From positions 115,013 to 179,012 of the forward strand of contig JBKHVI010000001.1 in assembly GCA_046570105.1 (NCBI GenBank): 64,000 nucleotides of DNA, in the 5' to 3' direction. A model generated the notes under the pieces. It ran no database searches. It was not told the origin of the DNA and was given only the letters and a program-made list of their open reading frames with translations. This document shows positions 19,500 to 29,894 of the stretch, one piece after another. Each line of letters opens with the position of its first letter. Positions within the stretch are counted from its first letter, which is position 1. The position numbers and the translations under genes were made by a program. This DNA is from Bacteriovoracia bacterium (GTDB lineage: Bacteria; Bdellovibrionota; Bacteriovoracia; Bacteriovoracales; Bacteriovoracaceae).

Positions 19500-19757
19500 T
19501 TTGGATCATCCTTTCCAACCAAAGATCGTTTTTACTCCAGCCTGGAGCAACAAGCCTAATTCTACCTTAGGCTTGACGGCACATTCTTCAGTAAAGTTTA
19601 GCTCGAACAATAACTCTCATGATGACCGTAAATCCAAAGGTTTGTCGACTCAATATCCTGCACCTCGCCGAACTATTTTTCCCCATCGGGGCACTTGGTG
19701 GTTCGATATCTTCTGACTATTTTTCTCTGGCTTTTCTTTTGTGCTAATCTTTAATGC

Positions 19758-20273
19758 ATGAAATTAAGTTCTCTCATTCTCGTAATTTTTTGTTTTTGCG
19801 CGCATGCCAAGGTTGATCCAAAAAACTACGACTTCAGCACCGATACCCTCGCTGAATTTTTTCCAGGAAAAGAACTAAGTAGTATCGAATCGAAGTATGG
19901 CAAAGCAGACATTATGCGCGAGCGTGGTGAACGAAAAATGCTACGTTTTTGGGTAACACAAATTCGCTACAAATTTCCTGTCATCGTCCAAGTCGAAAAT
20001 GGCAAAGTTCTCGATATGTTCGCCAAACTTCCTTCCTATTTTTTACATGATATTTTTCACCATTCACTGATTAAGCGATGGGGCCAACAAAAAATTTATA
20101 ACCGAGTGGATGAAGAGGCTTATTATCGATGGGAGGATGACGAAAAAATCATGCATTATTCTGCTTCTTGCACGATTACTTGTTTTCCGATTTATTTCAC
20201 TGTCTCTCCCGCCAAAAACAAAGCGCCTGGCGGGTTTATCTCACAGCACGATCAGCTTAACGTGAAGCCTTAG
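19758..20273 (+). CDS. Secreted hypothetical protein
   Basis: Signal peptide (AHA); 171 aa. Confidence 0.7.
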   Translation: MKLSSLILVIFCFCAHAKVDPKNYDFSTDTLAEFFPGKELSSIESKYGKADIMRERGERKMLRFWVTQIRYKFPVIVQVENGKVLDMFAKLPSYFLHDIFHHSLIKRWGQQKIYNRVDEEAYYRWEDDEKIMHYSASCTITCFPIYFTVSPAKNKAPGGFISQHDQLNVKP

Positions 20274-21063
20274 CAAAATACGGATTAGGAATATTGGCCT
20301 TCCGTGCCCAAGCATAGATACCGCCAGCAATCACCAGCATCAAGAAACAAAGAATTTGTCCCATGGTGATGCCGCCAAAATAATAGCCTAGCTGCGAATC
20401 CGGCTCGCGGAAGAATTCTACGATAAAACGGAATGTTCCATATCCAATTAAAAAAACAGTACTCACGATACCGTAATGTTTTTGCTTTTTATGAACAAAA
20501 TACAAAATGATAGCGAGAACAATCCCTTCTAAAATTCCTTCGTACAACTGAGAGGCATGACGTGGATAAGGACCGCCACCTGGAAAAATGATTCCAATCG
20601 GTGAGTCAGTCACTCTTCCATAGAGCTCTCCATTAATGAAGTTCCCCATACGACCAAAGAAAAGACCTGGTCCACCGGCCACCGCCATACAGTCGGCAAT
20701 TTGAAAGAAATGAACTTTATTTTTGCGAGCAAACCAAGCGGTGGCTAAGCACATTCCAAAAACGGCTCCGTGAAACGACAAGCCACCTTTCCAGACATGG
20801 AAGGCTTCCATGAAGTGACCGGAGTAATAATCCCAGTTGTAAATGAAAACGTAGAATGTGCGAGCGCCCAAGAACATGCCGATGATGAGCGCCGTCACGT
20901 ATTTATCAATCGATTCTTTGGGAAGTGGCCAAAAGCCCTTCTTCGCAAGGCGGCCCAAAAGCCAACTGCCTACCGCAAAACCTGCGACGTACATAAGTCC
21001 GTACCAACGTACCTGCAAGGGCCCGAGTTCAAAGAGAACAGGATCAATCCATGAATTTGTCAT
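20257..21063 (-). CDS. lgt: Prolipoprotein diacylglyceryl transferase
   Basis: RWYGLMY, GGLSFHG, GRMGNFINGELYGR, HASQLYE and EFFREPD motifs. Confidence 0.97.
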   Translation of the reverse strand: MTNSWIDPVLFELGPLQVRWYGLMYVAGFAVGSWLLGRLAKKGFWPLPKESIDKYVTALIIGMFLGARTFYVFIYNWDYYSGHFMEAFHVWKGGLSFHGAVFGMCLATAWFARKNKVHFFQIADCMAVAGGPGLFFGRMGNFINGELYGRVTDSPIGIIFPGGGPYPRHASQLYEGILEGIVLAIILYFVHKKQKHYGIVSTVFLIGYGTFRFIVEFFREPDSQLGYYFGGITMGQILCFLMLVIAGGIYAWARKANIPNPYFAKASR

Positions 21064-21084
21064 GAGCTTATGCTAGCGGAGGGA

Positions 21085-21885
21085 TTAAGCGTTCGACAAC
21101 CCAGCAACTGGAGCTGAATGGCCACTCCACTCACCGCGCACCGATGAGCCAAGCTGCAAGGCAGCTCGTTTGATGGTGTATGGCAGACCGATGTGGGTGA
21201 AATAGATATTGGCGGTATTTAAAAAACTAACCAACTCTTCAGGTGGCAACGGACGACCGGCCGGACCCGGCTTATCAGCACGCAAAATTGTAAAGTTCGA
21301 TTCAATAGCAACGACACCCGACGAAGAAAGCATTCGACGCTTCTCGACGTCTACCATTACGACTTCACCAAAAGACTGTGACTGTTTCATCGCTACTAAA
21401 CCATCACTGGTTGAGACGCCCCAAAAGCCGAGAACACCCAGTGGTGCCAGTGCCCATGCGAGTGCACGATTAATCATTACTCGCAGTCCCATCAATTCTT
21501 CTGTCGTATCCAACTGACTGACTAAACCCAATTCCCACATAGTGGTAGCAGGTGAAGAAACCATCATCCCGATGCGGCGGTAGAGATACACTTGAGTCTC
21601 ACCACGATAACTCAAAGACTCATGGCCAAACTTATCCATTGAGTCAGGAAGTAACACTTGCTGAGCCACGCGAGTTGAAGCACGAGAAATAGTCAAAATT
21701 TTTGTGCCAGGACGATTGGCGGGAATTTTTTTATGATCGGCTTCGGCAATTTCCACAAAGCCAAGATCAGTGATGAGTTTATTTAAACGACCTTCGAGCA
21801 TATCGCGACCCACGCGCAAAAACACAGGATACCCGTGCTGTTTTTGCCATTGGAAATAAATTGGTTTCGCGCTTACGGCGGACAT
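21085..21885 (-). CDS. Hypothetical protein
   Basis: 266-aa ORF, RBS GAGGAG; sigma28-like TTAAA-N15-CCGATA upstream. Confidence 0.7.
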   Translation of the reverse strand: MSAVSAKPIYFQWQKQHGYPVFLRVGRDMLEGRLNKLITDLGFVEIAEADHKKIPANRPGTKILTISRASTRVAQQVLLPDSMDKFGHESLSYRGETQVYLYRRIGMMVSSPATTMWELGLVSQLDTTEELMGLRVMINRALAWALAPLGVLGFWGVSTSDGLVAMKQSQSFGEVVMVDVEKRRMLSSSGVVAIESNFTILRADKPGPAGRPLPPEELVSFLNTANIYFTHIGLPYTIKRAALQLGSSVRGEWSGHSAPVAGLSNA

Positions 21886-22014
21886 AGTCTCGCTCCTCTA
21901 AGACTCCTATCGGTAGGCAGATAAAAAGTTTAAGTTTTAGACAGTTACCGGACTAAACTGGCCAAGTTTTAGACACCTCACCTCTGCCAAGCGCCGGTAA
22001 TGACGTTAGGACAT

Positions 22015-22031
22015 TTGGCGCTGAAATTGCT
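22015..22031 (+). promoter_or_regulatory. Putative sigma54 -24/-12 promoter
   Basis: TTGGCGC-TGAAA-TTGCT matches TGGCAC-N5-TTGCW spacing. Confidence 0.55.
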
Positions 22032-22045
22032 CTACTAAGGCTACT

Positions 22046-24964
22046 ATGAGCAAAAATACAGAGACCCAAACGGGTGACTCTCTATTATCGAATGCCAATA
22101 ACGCTTCTTACGAAACGTTCGCTCAGCCTTTAACTGGGCAGCTCTTGCGTGCTCTCGAACTCAACGTGGTTTATCACCAGGGTCACGGCCAATGGCTCAC
22201 AACTGAAATAGCCGGCGAAACTCGTCGAGTGCTGGATATGACGGGTGGTTATGGTGCTAACTTACTCGGACACAAAAATGCGCGTATTGCTCGTATCGCA
22301 CAAGATTATTTAAGTGAAGGTGAACCCAATCTTATTCAAGGATCGAATCGCGCTAAGGCCGGTGAACTCGCACAACGAATAAGCGAAATTCTTTATGCTG
22401 AAACTGGTGAAGGTCCATGGATAACGACTCTTTCTAATTCTGGAACTGAAGCAGTTGAAGCTGCTCTTAAGCATTGCTTACTCGCTTTTGGAAAAAAACA
22501 ACAAGAACGCCTCCAAGATCTACAAAAAGGTCTGAACGAAGTTCATCTCTATGTACAAGAACTTGATGAAAACCAACTAGCTGCACTGACTCAAGATTGG
22601 CGCTACCGCCTGATCAATATGTGCGCTGATATTAAGGCTTCTGATAAACGCAAAGATTGGCTCCTGCACATGGCGCTTCAGACCCACGACATGATGGGCC
22701 TCATAGACCTAGTTCATGAGTTTAACAAACTCCAATTAAGTGAGATCCCTCTCACGGTATCACTTGAACGCGCCTACCATGGTAAAACAATGGGTGCACT
22801 TCATCTGACCCATAATCAGAAATATCGTTATCCGTTTTATGTGTCGGAAGGACAGAATCGCTTTTTGCCTCCCCACGCTGATGACGTACAACTTGAGAAA
22901 TTCTTTACCGACCTAAAATTTGATATTATTGAAATCGGCCTTCATCAAATAGGTCTCTTCTTTGGTAAAACAACTTTCACCCGTGTCGCTGGTTTATTTG
23001 TTGAACCCATTCAAGGTGAAGCGGGTGTCTATCCACTCGATGCAAACTATCTTGCTTTGTTGAAAAAATACTCTCTCAAAGACGGTTTCTCACTGGTGTT
23101 TGATGAGATTCAAGCTGGAATGTATCGCACCGGACTGATGGCTTCAGGTCACCACTGTCATGTCACAGCAGATATCTACTGTTTTTCAAAAACGCTTGGG
23201 GCAGGTGTTGCCAAAATCGGCGCTACGACAATTCATCATAAAAAATACCAAGAAGACTTCGGTCATCTCCACGCATCAACATTTGCCGAAGATGGTTATT
23301 CAGCAGCAGTGGCACTTGAAGCAATAGAAATTATCACTCAATCAGGGCATCTCACACGCGGTATGAGCGCTGGGGATAAAATCAAGAAAGGTCTAGAGAC
23401 TCTCCAAGATAAGTATCCACATCTGATCGCAGGTGTTCGAGGCAGAGGCCTCATGTTGGCATTCGAACTAAGTCCCAACTTGAGCAAGATTTGTTTTGAA
23501 TTTAATGTATTTAATGAAGCTGGCATGCTGGGATATCTCATTGCTTCAGCTATGCTTCATCGTGAAAATATTCGCATGACTCCTTCATTGTCTAATGGAG
23601 CGACACTTCGAGTTCAACCCAGTTTGTTTATCACTGACGAAGAAATTCTCTATTTCTTGATCGGCCTTGAGAAAATATTAATGCGTCTGGATGACGGCGA
23701 TTTCCGCTATTTCTTTCAACATTTATATCCCGACACCCCATTGGCCGATATCAAGGCCCAAGGTCTCACAACAGAATTCACACCCTCGGATAAACCCTTA
23801 GCGGTTTTCTTATGTCACTTAATTGATGCAGATCACGTGAAACGAGTTACTCCTGCATTCATACCTGTTAAAGATGCCACCTTAGAATCACGCTTGGGAC
23901 TTATGAAGCGTGCGATGGAATTTGGTATTTACCACGCCCAACCCCTTAAAGGTGCGGACGGCAGCGAGATCAATATTATCCTCATGGGTATTCCAACAAC
24001 CTCGCAGGAACTTAAGAAAAGTTTTACCGGTAAACAGCGCTCTGAGGTTATTGCCAAGGTTCAAAGAGCAGTCGATTTGGCAGCTGAACTGGGTGCTAAT
24101 ACTGTAGGCCTGGGTCAGTTTACTTCAATTGTATCAGGGAATGGTCTCTACCTTGATTCACATGGTATGAATCTCACCACCGGAAATTCATTTACTATCG
24201 AGCTGGCAATTCAAGCTGCACTCCGAGAAGCGCAAAACAAAAAAATAGATATCTCATCTTCTTCTGTAGGATTAGTAGGAGCAGCCGGAAATATCATTTC
24301 AGTTGCAGCCATGATTATGGCAGACAAGGCTTCACGATTAGTCTTGATACACCATTCTCCAATCGAGAAGAGCCCTAAACTTTTAGGAGTTGTTCGCTCG
24401 ATACTTAAAGAATCACTCGATTCCAGAGAGAACTCTGTATTTAACCAACTATTGAATGATCGATTAAGTATTGATGTTCTGAATTCGGACAAAGCCCTAA
24501 TAGGATGGCTCAATTCTGGTAATCAACACGATCTCATCCAGATTACCGACGATGTTACCGCTTTAAGTTCTTGTGAGATTATTATCACCGGTGCGAGTAG
24601 CGGTACCGGTTTCCTTGAACCTCAGCATTTTACCAAAAACGCGGTCGTAGTAGATGTCGCCGTTCCAGCGAATATCAAACCAGATGTTCTCGCTCGACTC
24701 AAAACTGAGCGACCAGATGTGACTTATTGTTTAGGTGGAGTGGCCAAACTTCCACACCTACAATCCATCGTCACACCGTTATTCCCACTCGATACCAATG
24801 AAAGCTTTGCTTGTATGGCAGAGACGTTTGCAATGGGTTTCCTCGGTAAGAAAAATTTAAAGCACATTGGTAATCTGACCAAAACCATGGTTAACCATAC
24901 AGCTCAATTCACTATGGATGCTGGCTTTACTCTAGGTTCTACAAAAACGAAGAGCTCTCTCTAA
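22046..24964 (+). CDS. Class III PLP aminotransferase fused to an acyl-ACP/thioester reductase (TamH-like architecture)
   Basis: N-terminal: NSGTEAVEAALK, AYHGKT, EPIQGEAG, FDEIQ, SK(PLP). C-terminal: GLGQFTSI, TTGN, VGAAGNI, DVAVP, FACMAE (acyl-ACP reductase-like). Confidence 0.85.
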   Translation: MSKNTETQTGDSLLSNANNASYETFAQPLTGQLLRALELNVVYHQGHGQWLTTEIAGETRRVLDMTGGYGANLLGHKNARIARIAQDYLSEGEPNLIQGSNRAKAGELAQRISEILYAETGEGPWITTLSNSGTEAVEAALKHCLLAFGKKQQERLQDLQKGLNEVHLYVQELDENQLAALTQDWRYRLINMCADIKASDKRKDWLLHMALQTHDMMGLIDLVHEFNKLQLSEIPLTVSLERAYHGKTMGALHLTHNQKYRYPFYVSEGQNRFLPPHADDVQLEKFFTDLKFDIIEIGLHQIGLFFGKTTFTRVAGLFVEPIQGEAGVYPLDANYLALLKKYSLKDGFSLVFDEIQAGMYRTGLMASGHHCHVTADIYCFSKTLGAGVAKIGATTIHHKKYQEDFGHLHASTFAEDGYSAAVALEAIEIITQSGHLTRGMSAGDKIKKGLETLQDKYPHLIAGVRGRGLMLAFELSPNLSKICFEFNVFNEAGMLGYLIASAMLHRENIRMTPSLSNGATLRVQPSLFITDEEILYFLIGLEKILMRLDDGDFRYFFQHLYPDTPLADIKAQGLTTEFTPSDKPLAVFLCHLIDADHVKRVTPAFIPVKDATLESRLGLMKRAMEFGIYHAQPLKGADGSEINIILMGIPTTSQELKKSFTGKQRSEVIAKVQRAVDLAAELGANTVGLGQFTSIVSGNGLYLDSHGMNLTTGNSFTIELAIQAALREAQNKKIDISSSSVGLVGAAGNIISVAAMIMADKASRLVLIHHSPIEKSPKLLGVVRSILKESLDSRENSVFNQLLNDRLSIDVLNSDKALIGWLNSGNQHDLIQITDDVTALSSCEIIITGASSGTGFLEPQHFTKNAVVVDVAVPANIKPDVLARLKTERPDVTYCLGGVAKLPHLQSIVTPLFPLDTNESFACMAETFAMGFLGKKNLKHIGNLTKTMVNHTAQFTMDAGFTLGSTKTKSSL

Positions 24965-26064
24965 ATTTCTTTTGAAAAGAGCGCGTAGCTCGAAATCATT
25001 TCTTTTTGGTCTTCACGATAACTTTTGAGTGCAGGACTATCTTCAGCGGTATAGCAGATATAAAGATGCGGCAGACTGATTGCTACAGGAATCGTCATCT
25101 TTTTAGCCACCAAACTTTGTATCCCTTTAAATTCTTGGCCATCCGGGGCCGGCAGACGACCCACATACATAATCAGCAAACGACTAAAATTTAATTTAAT
25201 TCGTAAGAAGACCCAAAGATTTAAAAGCGTCTTAGGAATTTTATTCATCCATCTCTGACGCTGCAGAAGAAGCGGTAAAGGATCCATGAAATTCACACAA
25301 AAAGCGACAGGCTTGCCATCATGTTCGATTATAAAAGCAAAAAGCGGACTAATAATGTAACGAAAGCCGGCATAAATTTTTTTGAAAGTCTCAAGCGGCA
25401 TCGGCTCATATTCCGGCATATCTTTAAACGTTTCTTGAAACAAACCATGAATGATCGTCATTTCATCTTCAAATCGTGACATGTCGATGCCACGTATATG
25501 CAAGCGATGTTCTGGTTTTTTTGCCGTACGAATCTCACCATACTGTTTTTTGCTTTTAAAAAATCTAATACGAAAAGTATCCCAGCGCTTAAGCGGCTTC
25601 ATTCCGACTTTTTCAAAAAAATCTAAATAATAACTATGCTGTTGAGGTTCGCTATAAAATGGACGAGCCTTGCCCCATGTTTTCCATCTATAACTCACAA
25701 AAAAGTGAAGATTAATTGGCCCCTTAATTCGCGTAGCCCCCAGCTCTCGCGCTGAACTTTCAACTTTCTCCCATAGTTTATAAAATACATTTTCATCGTT
25801 ATCACTTTCGATGAAACCAACTTTCGCGGTTTGTGGATTGAGGTTTGAAACGGCGACAAGCGCTCTTGCCACAATTTCACCCGATTCATAAATTGAAATT
25901 GCACGCCACTGATCCAGTGGAAAACTTTTTGAGTCTTCAAACAAATCTTGAAAGTTCGTGATGTCCTCATGAGGGACAGAATCTTTCGAATAGAGTTGGT
26001 TTTGCAGTTTTACCCATTCTAAAAAAAATGATTTATCCCAACTCGATATAATCTTAATTTCCAT
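24961..26064 (-). CDS. GNAT-like (YghO-type) hypothetical protein
   Basis: VAR..VGFIES..GATRIKGP..YLDFFEKVG pattern typical of this GNAT-like family. Confidence 0.6.
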   Translation of the reverse strand: MEIKIISSWDKSFFLEWVKLQNQLYSKDSVPHEDITNFQDLFEDSKSFPLDQWRAISIYESGEIVARALVAVSNLNPQTAKVGFIESDNDENVFYKLWEKVESSARELGATRIKGPINLHFFVSYRWKTWGKARPFYSEPQQHSYYLDFFEKVGMKPLKRWDTFRIRFFKSKKQYGEIRTAKKPEHRLHIRGIDMSRFEDEMTIIHGLFQETFKDMPEYEPMPLETFKKIYAGFRYIISPLFAFIIEHDGKPVAFCVNFMDPLPLLLQRQRWMNKIPKTLLNLWVFLRIKLNFSRLLIMYVGRLPAPDGQEFKGIQSLVAKKMTIPVAISLPHLYICYTAEDSPALKSYREDQKEMISSYALFSKEI

Positions 26065-27385
26065 CGGTCAGCTTCCTCATGACAACCACAACATTGCTAG
26101 TGGGCCGTAATGTGATTCCAGCTTCCACTGTTTGCTCAACTTCATTCTCAATCGACCAACGAAAGTTGGCCGAGAGGTGAGACAATATAAGTTTCGCCTC
26201 AACTTGAGCAAAAATTTTCCCTATACACATACGAGGTCCAAGCCCAAAGGGGAAATAGGAACCTGGCAGAACTTTTTCTTTAAGAGGTGGCAGAAATCTT
26301 TCTGGATAAAATTTCAATGAATCGTGCCAGAAATCCGGTGATCGCTGGGCAAAAAACGGCATTAAAAAAACGATATCCTTCTTTTTAAGCTCCAAGCCAT
26401 TTATCTTGATCGCCTTACTGGCCTGTCTCATAAAAGCCCAGACTGGGGGCCACAAACGCATTGCCTCTTCAGTGACTGCTAAATGCATATTGAGCTTATT
26501 AAAATTTGCCTCAATGAGTTGATCATTTTGCCAAAAGCTTTTGGACTCATCTTTAAGCACGTCTAGATATTTAGAATTCTGAGCTAGCAGTATCATCGTC
26601 CAGGCCATGGTATTGGTAATCGTTTCGTGGCCGGCCATCAAAATAGTTATAACTTCGTCTCGGATCTGTTGATCGCTCATCTGGTTGCCGTCTTCATCAC
26701 GCGTATCAACTAGGATTTGTAACAGATCATTTGATTGTTGGCGCCCGGAACGGCGATCTATCAAAAGACGCTTGATCAAATTATCAAATCTATCTCTTGC
26801 AGCATAAAACTCTTGGTGACTTGCCAGCGGCATCCACATGGGAGCTGAAACAACTGAGCGCACTCTCTTAATCAAAAAGTGCATCATATACTCAACATCT
26901 TTTAAGAATGTGGGTGCTTCTTGTGAAAGATCGAGCGCAAAAAGTGTGCGGGCAATAATTTTAAGCGTCAGTGCATTCATCTCAGCGTGAGCATTTATCT
27001 TTTGCCCATCGGCCCAGACGCAATGTTGCTCAATAATTTCTTGAATTGATGGAACTAAATTCATCATATGTTTAATGCCAAACACAGGACGCATTAAACG
27101 ATTTTGCTTCTTCCACAAATCACCTTCACTGGTAATGAGCCCTTCACCCAATAGAAGTTTCAGCTTTTGAAAAGTACGACCTTTAGCAAAAGATTCGGAA
27201 TTTTCCTGTAATACACCTAGGATATCGTCGGGATGAGACAAGAGATAGGCACGTTGATGGAGCATCCTCAGTTTTACTCTATGGCCAAACTCATGGTGGC
27301 ATTTATTTACAAAGGCCCAAGGATCACGAGCATACTCGCGCAAACTTCCCATTGGGCCTGATGCTTTTGGGCCTTTAATTTCCAC
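26054..27385 (-). CDS. Cytochrome P450 (likely GTG start at 27385)
   Basis: AGHET I-helix, EAMR (ExxR), PERF, FGLGPRMCIG heme motif. Confidence 0.96.
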   Translation of the reverse strand: MEIKGPKASGPMGSLREYARDPWAFVNKCHHEFGHRVKLRMLHQRAYLLSHPDDILGVLQENSESFAKGRTFQKLKLLLGEGLITSEGDLWKKQNRLMRPVFGIKHMMNLVPSIQEIIEQHCVWADGQKINAHAEMNALTLKIIARTLFALDLSQEAPTFLKDVEYMMHFLIKRVRSVVSAPMWMPLASHQEFYAARDRFDNLIKRLLIDRRSGRQQSNDLLQILVDTRDEDGNQMSDQQIRDEVITILMAGHETITNTMAWTMILLAQNSKYLDVLKDESKSFWQNDQLIEANFNKLNMHLAVTEEAMRLWPPVWAFMRQASKAIKINGLELKKKDIVFLMPFFAQRSPDFWHDSLKFYPERFLPPLKEKVLPGSYFPFGLGPRMCIGKIFAQVEAKLILSHLSANFRWSIENEVEQTVEAGITLRPTSNVVVVMRKLTDGN

Positions 27386-29894
27386 TGATCTCCACCTTTC
27401 CCTCATCAGCATTGAGGATAATATGGGGAATTCCTCTCAATTGATTAACGGCACCTCTAATTCCTACAACAGTAGGTATTCCTAACTCTCGGCCAATTAT
27501 GGCGGTGTGACTTAACAATGATCCCTTCTCAGAAATGAGGCCTCTGCATTGGGACATAATATAGACCCAAGCTGGGTCGGTGTGACGAGTGACAAGAATG
27601 CAATTGGAGAGATCTTCAATCTCAAGGGCTTCTTCTGGTGAATCTAAAACCAGTGGTCGGCCCTCAACTTTTCCTGGGGCTGCTGTTTGGCCAATTAACA
27701 AACCTTCAGACGGAGTGAGTTCAACCGATTTAAAGGGTGTCTCACCCACTGCAGTAACTAAGAATTCTGGAAATGGCCCTTGAGCCTCTTGCCAGCTTTT
27801 ATTTTTTTCAAGCAAGTCTGCTAATTCGGAATTGGTAATTTTCCCTTCCGCAAATCTTTGGTACTCTTCGAGAGAAATGTTGAAATAGTCTCGCCACTTA
27901 AAAATCTGAAACGAAGGATAATCTTTGCGTAACTGTTCAGCTGCGTGGGCCAGCATTTCACGAATCACATTATAGAACTGACCACGCAACAAACGCGTTT
28001 TTTCACGCCAGAAGATCGCTCGCTTCGTCACACTCCAACTTATCTTCCAAGCAAACTGCTTCGGGAGAGAGAAACTTTTCACATCAAACTGTGTTTTTGC
28101 TGGTTGCTTAAGGCCGGCGCTCATAATTCTTCGACGCATGAAACGCAGCAGGCGATAAAAATCTTTAGGAGATTGCCTTAAAGTAGGACTCTCTAATTTC
28201 AACTCTTCGAATGAACGTTCTCCGTACTGCTGAAGGAAACCTGCTAGCAATGCGGCTTCTTTCTTCCAGCCTTTCTGCTCTAGCTCGTTCCAGATGGGAT
28301 GATAGACATCTCCCCACTCAGGGGCGGTTGAAACTGAAGCTTCAAGATGCGGCCAAAAATCTTCGGGGATTTGAGACATGACTTTTTCTAGAAGGGCGAG
28401 TGGCTTCAACGATTCTACTTCATCACCAGTTTTCAGCATTGGCGCGAGAACATCTTCACCAAGTCCTTTGGTTTTTAGCAACGCAGCTAAAGCCTTTACT
28501 CCAATCATCAAAACCACATCGTTGATAATGGTTAAGCCAAACCCCAAGGGCCGGGTCAGAGTTTGGTGCAAGAGTCGCAAGGTTTCTTCTGAGGTTGAAG
28601 AGCCCATCAACCGATCATGGAGAATCTTCTTCTGAGCTTCTAAGCTTTCAGCGAAACGATCTAAAACGCGTTGATGAGTGCAAATAAAGGCGAACAGTTT
28701 GAAAGCAGCTTTAAGTTGTTCGAAAATATTTGGAGGATTGAGGATCATGGGAACATCCATGCCATCTCTTTTTCCCCCAATCATCCGGTGCCAATTTTCA
28801 ATATTCTTCTCACCGCCAGGTAGGGCAGCAATGACTGCATAATAATGTTCAAGATCGTAATAAAGATGATGGTTCACTTGCCCAATCAAGGACTGATAGT
28901 GAGGCATTAGTTTTTTCAAACGATCACTTGATGCACCCAAGATGATCGCCGACTCGGCAAAAACATTGCGATAAGCAATTTGCACAAAACTAGTGGTTAA
29001 TGGAGAAGTTACACCTGGGTACGACTCCGCAAGATTGGTATCTGTATATGATTTTAGCGGCGAGAATTCCTGAGTGATAGGTCGAACCTGTAAGAGATAG
29101 AGCATTTCTCCTTCAAAGGCGAACTCGATATCAACGGGATGCCGTAAACGCTTTTCAATTCTTAAAACTTCATGAACAATTTTCTGACGCTCTTCCAGTG
29201 TTAAACTTGCACTGGCCTGTAAATGAGCTTCCACTGGAAATCCTGATGTGCCTGAACCATCTGGGCTTGAACCCAATCGAGTTGTTTTAATGCTTAACCG
29301 CTCATCCAACATTTCATTAAGACGCGAATATCTCCAATGATCTGTTTCAACCAGCCCCGAAACAACTCCCTCGCCCACTCCCCAAGAAGCATCAATTACG
29401 ATATCGGCCGTGGGAATTATAGGTGAGCGCGAGAATGCGACTCCAGCTGCAATTGGGTCAAGCATCTTTTGGACAACAACGGCCATATGTAATTCATCAG
29501 TAATTCCCTTCTCGCGGCAATATACTTTAACTCGGTCAGAGTTAAGTGCTACATATGCAGCTTGAATTTTTTCTTTGAGATCTTTTGTTGTCACATAAAG
29601 ATACGTTTCAAATAAACCAGCAAAGCTCGCTGACTGACCATCCTCTCCTGTAACTGATGAGCGAACGGCGACCCAGCGGGCATCCCATTTTTTTACTTCT
29701 TTCTCTATGGCCTGCCAGCACTCTTCTGGAAACTGACCTTGTGAGTTTGTCCATTGTGAAACAGCAGTTGGGATCACCAGAAAAGGTGGAACGTTAGCAC
29801 CCAACTCAACTAGTTTTAAGAGTTGAGCACCTTTACCTCCGACGAGTGACTTTTCCGCGCGCGTTGGTGGAATTATCGGGAGTAGAGAGCTCAT
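27375..29894 (-). CDS. PEP-utilising dikinase-fold enzyme (ATP-grasp + central domain + C-terminal phosphohistidine domain; RPH/PigC-like), copy A
   Basis: GGKG, AVRSS..ED..SFAG, GEGVVSG, DIEFA, LQVRPIT, TDPAW and SHTAIIGRELGIP motifs; ATG 29894 overlaps the UbiA stop. Confidence 0.88.
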   Translation of the reverse strand: MSSLLPIIPPTRAEKSLVGGKGAQLLKLVELGANVPPFLVIPTAVSQWTNSQGQFPEECWQAIEKEVKKWDARWVAVRSSVTGEDGQSASFAGLFETYLYVTTKDLKEKIQAAYVALNSDRVKVYCREKGITDELHMAVVVQKMLDPIAAGVAFSRSPIIPTADIVIDASWGVGEGVVSGLVETDHWRYSRLNEMLDERLSIKTTRLGSSPDGSGTSGFPVEAHLQASASLTLEERQKIVHEVLRIEKRLRHPVDIEFAFEGEMLYLLQVRPITQEFSPLKSYTDTNLAESYPGVTSPLTTSFVQIAYRNVFAESAIILGASSDRLKKLMPHYQSLIGQVNHHLYYDLEHYYAVIAALPGGEKNIENWHRMIGGKRDGMDVPMILNPPNIFEQLKAAFKLFAFICTHQRVLDRFAESLEAQKKILHDRLMGSSTSEETLRLLHQTLTRPLGFGLTIINDVVLMIGVKALAALLKTKGLGEDVLAPMLKTGDEVESLKPLALLEKVMSQIPEDFWPHLEASVSTAPEWGDVYHPIWNELEQKGWKKEAALLAGFLQQYGERSFEELKLESPTLRQSPKDFYRLLRFMRRRIMSAGLKQPAKTQFDVKSFSLPKQFAWKISWSVTKRAIFWREKTRLLRGQFYNVIREMLAHAAEQLRKDYPSFQIFKWRDYFNISLEEYQRFAEGKITNSELADLLEKNKSWQEAQGPFPEFLVTAVGETPFKSVELTPSEGLLIGQTAAPGKVEGRPLVLDSPEEALEIEDLSNCILVTRHTDPAWVYIMSQCRGLISEKGSLLSHTAIIGRELGIPTVVGIRGAVNQLRGIPHIILNADEGKVEISGN

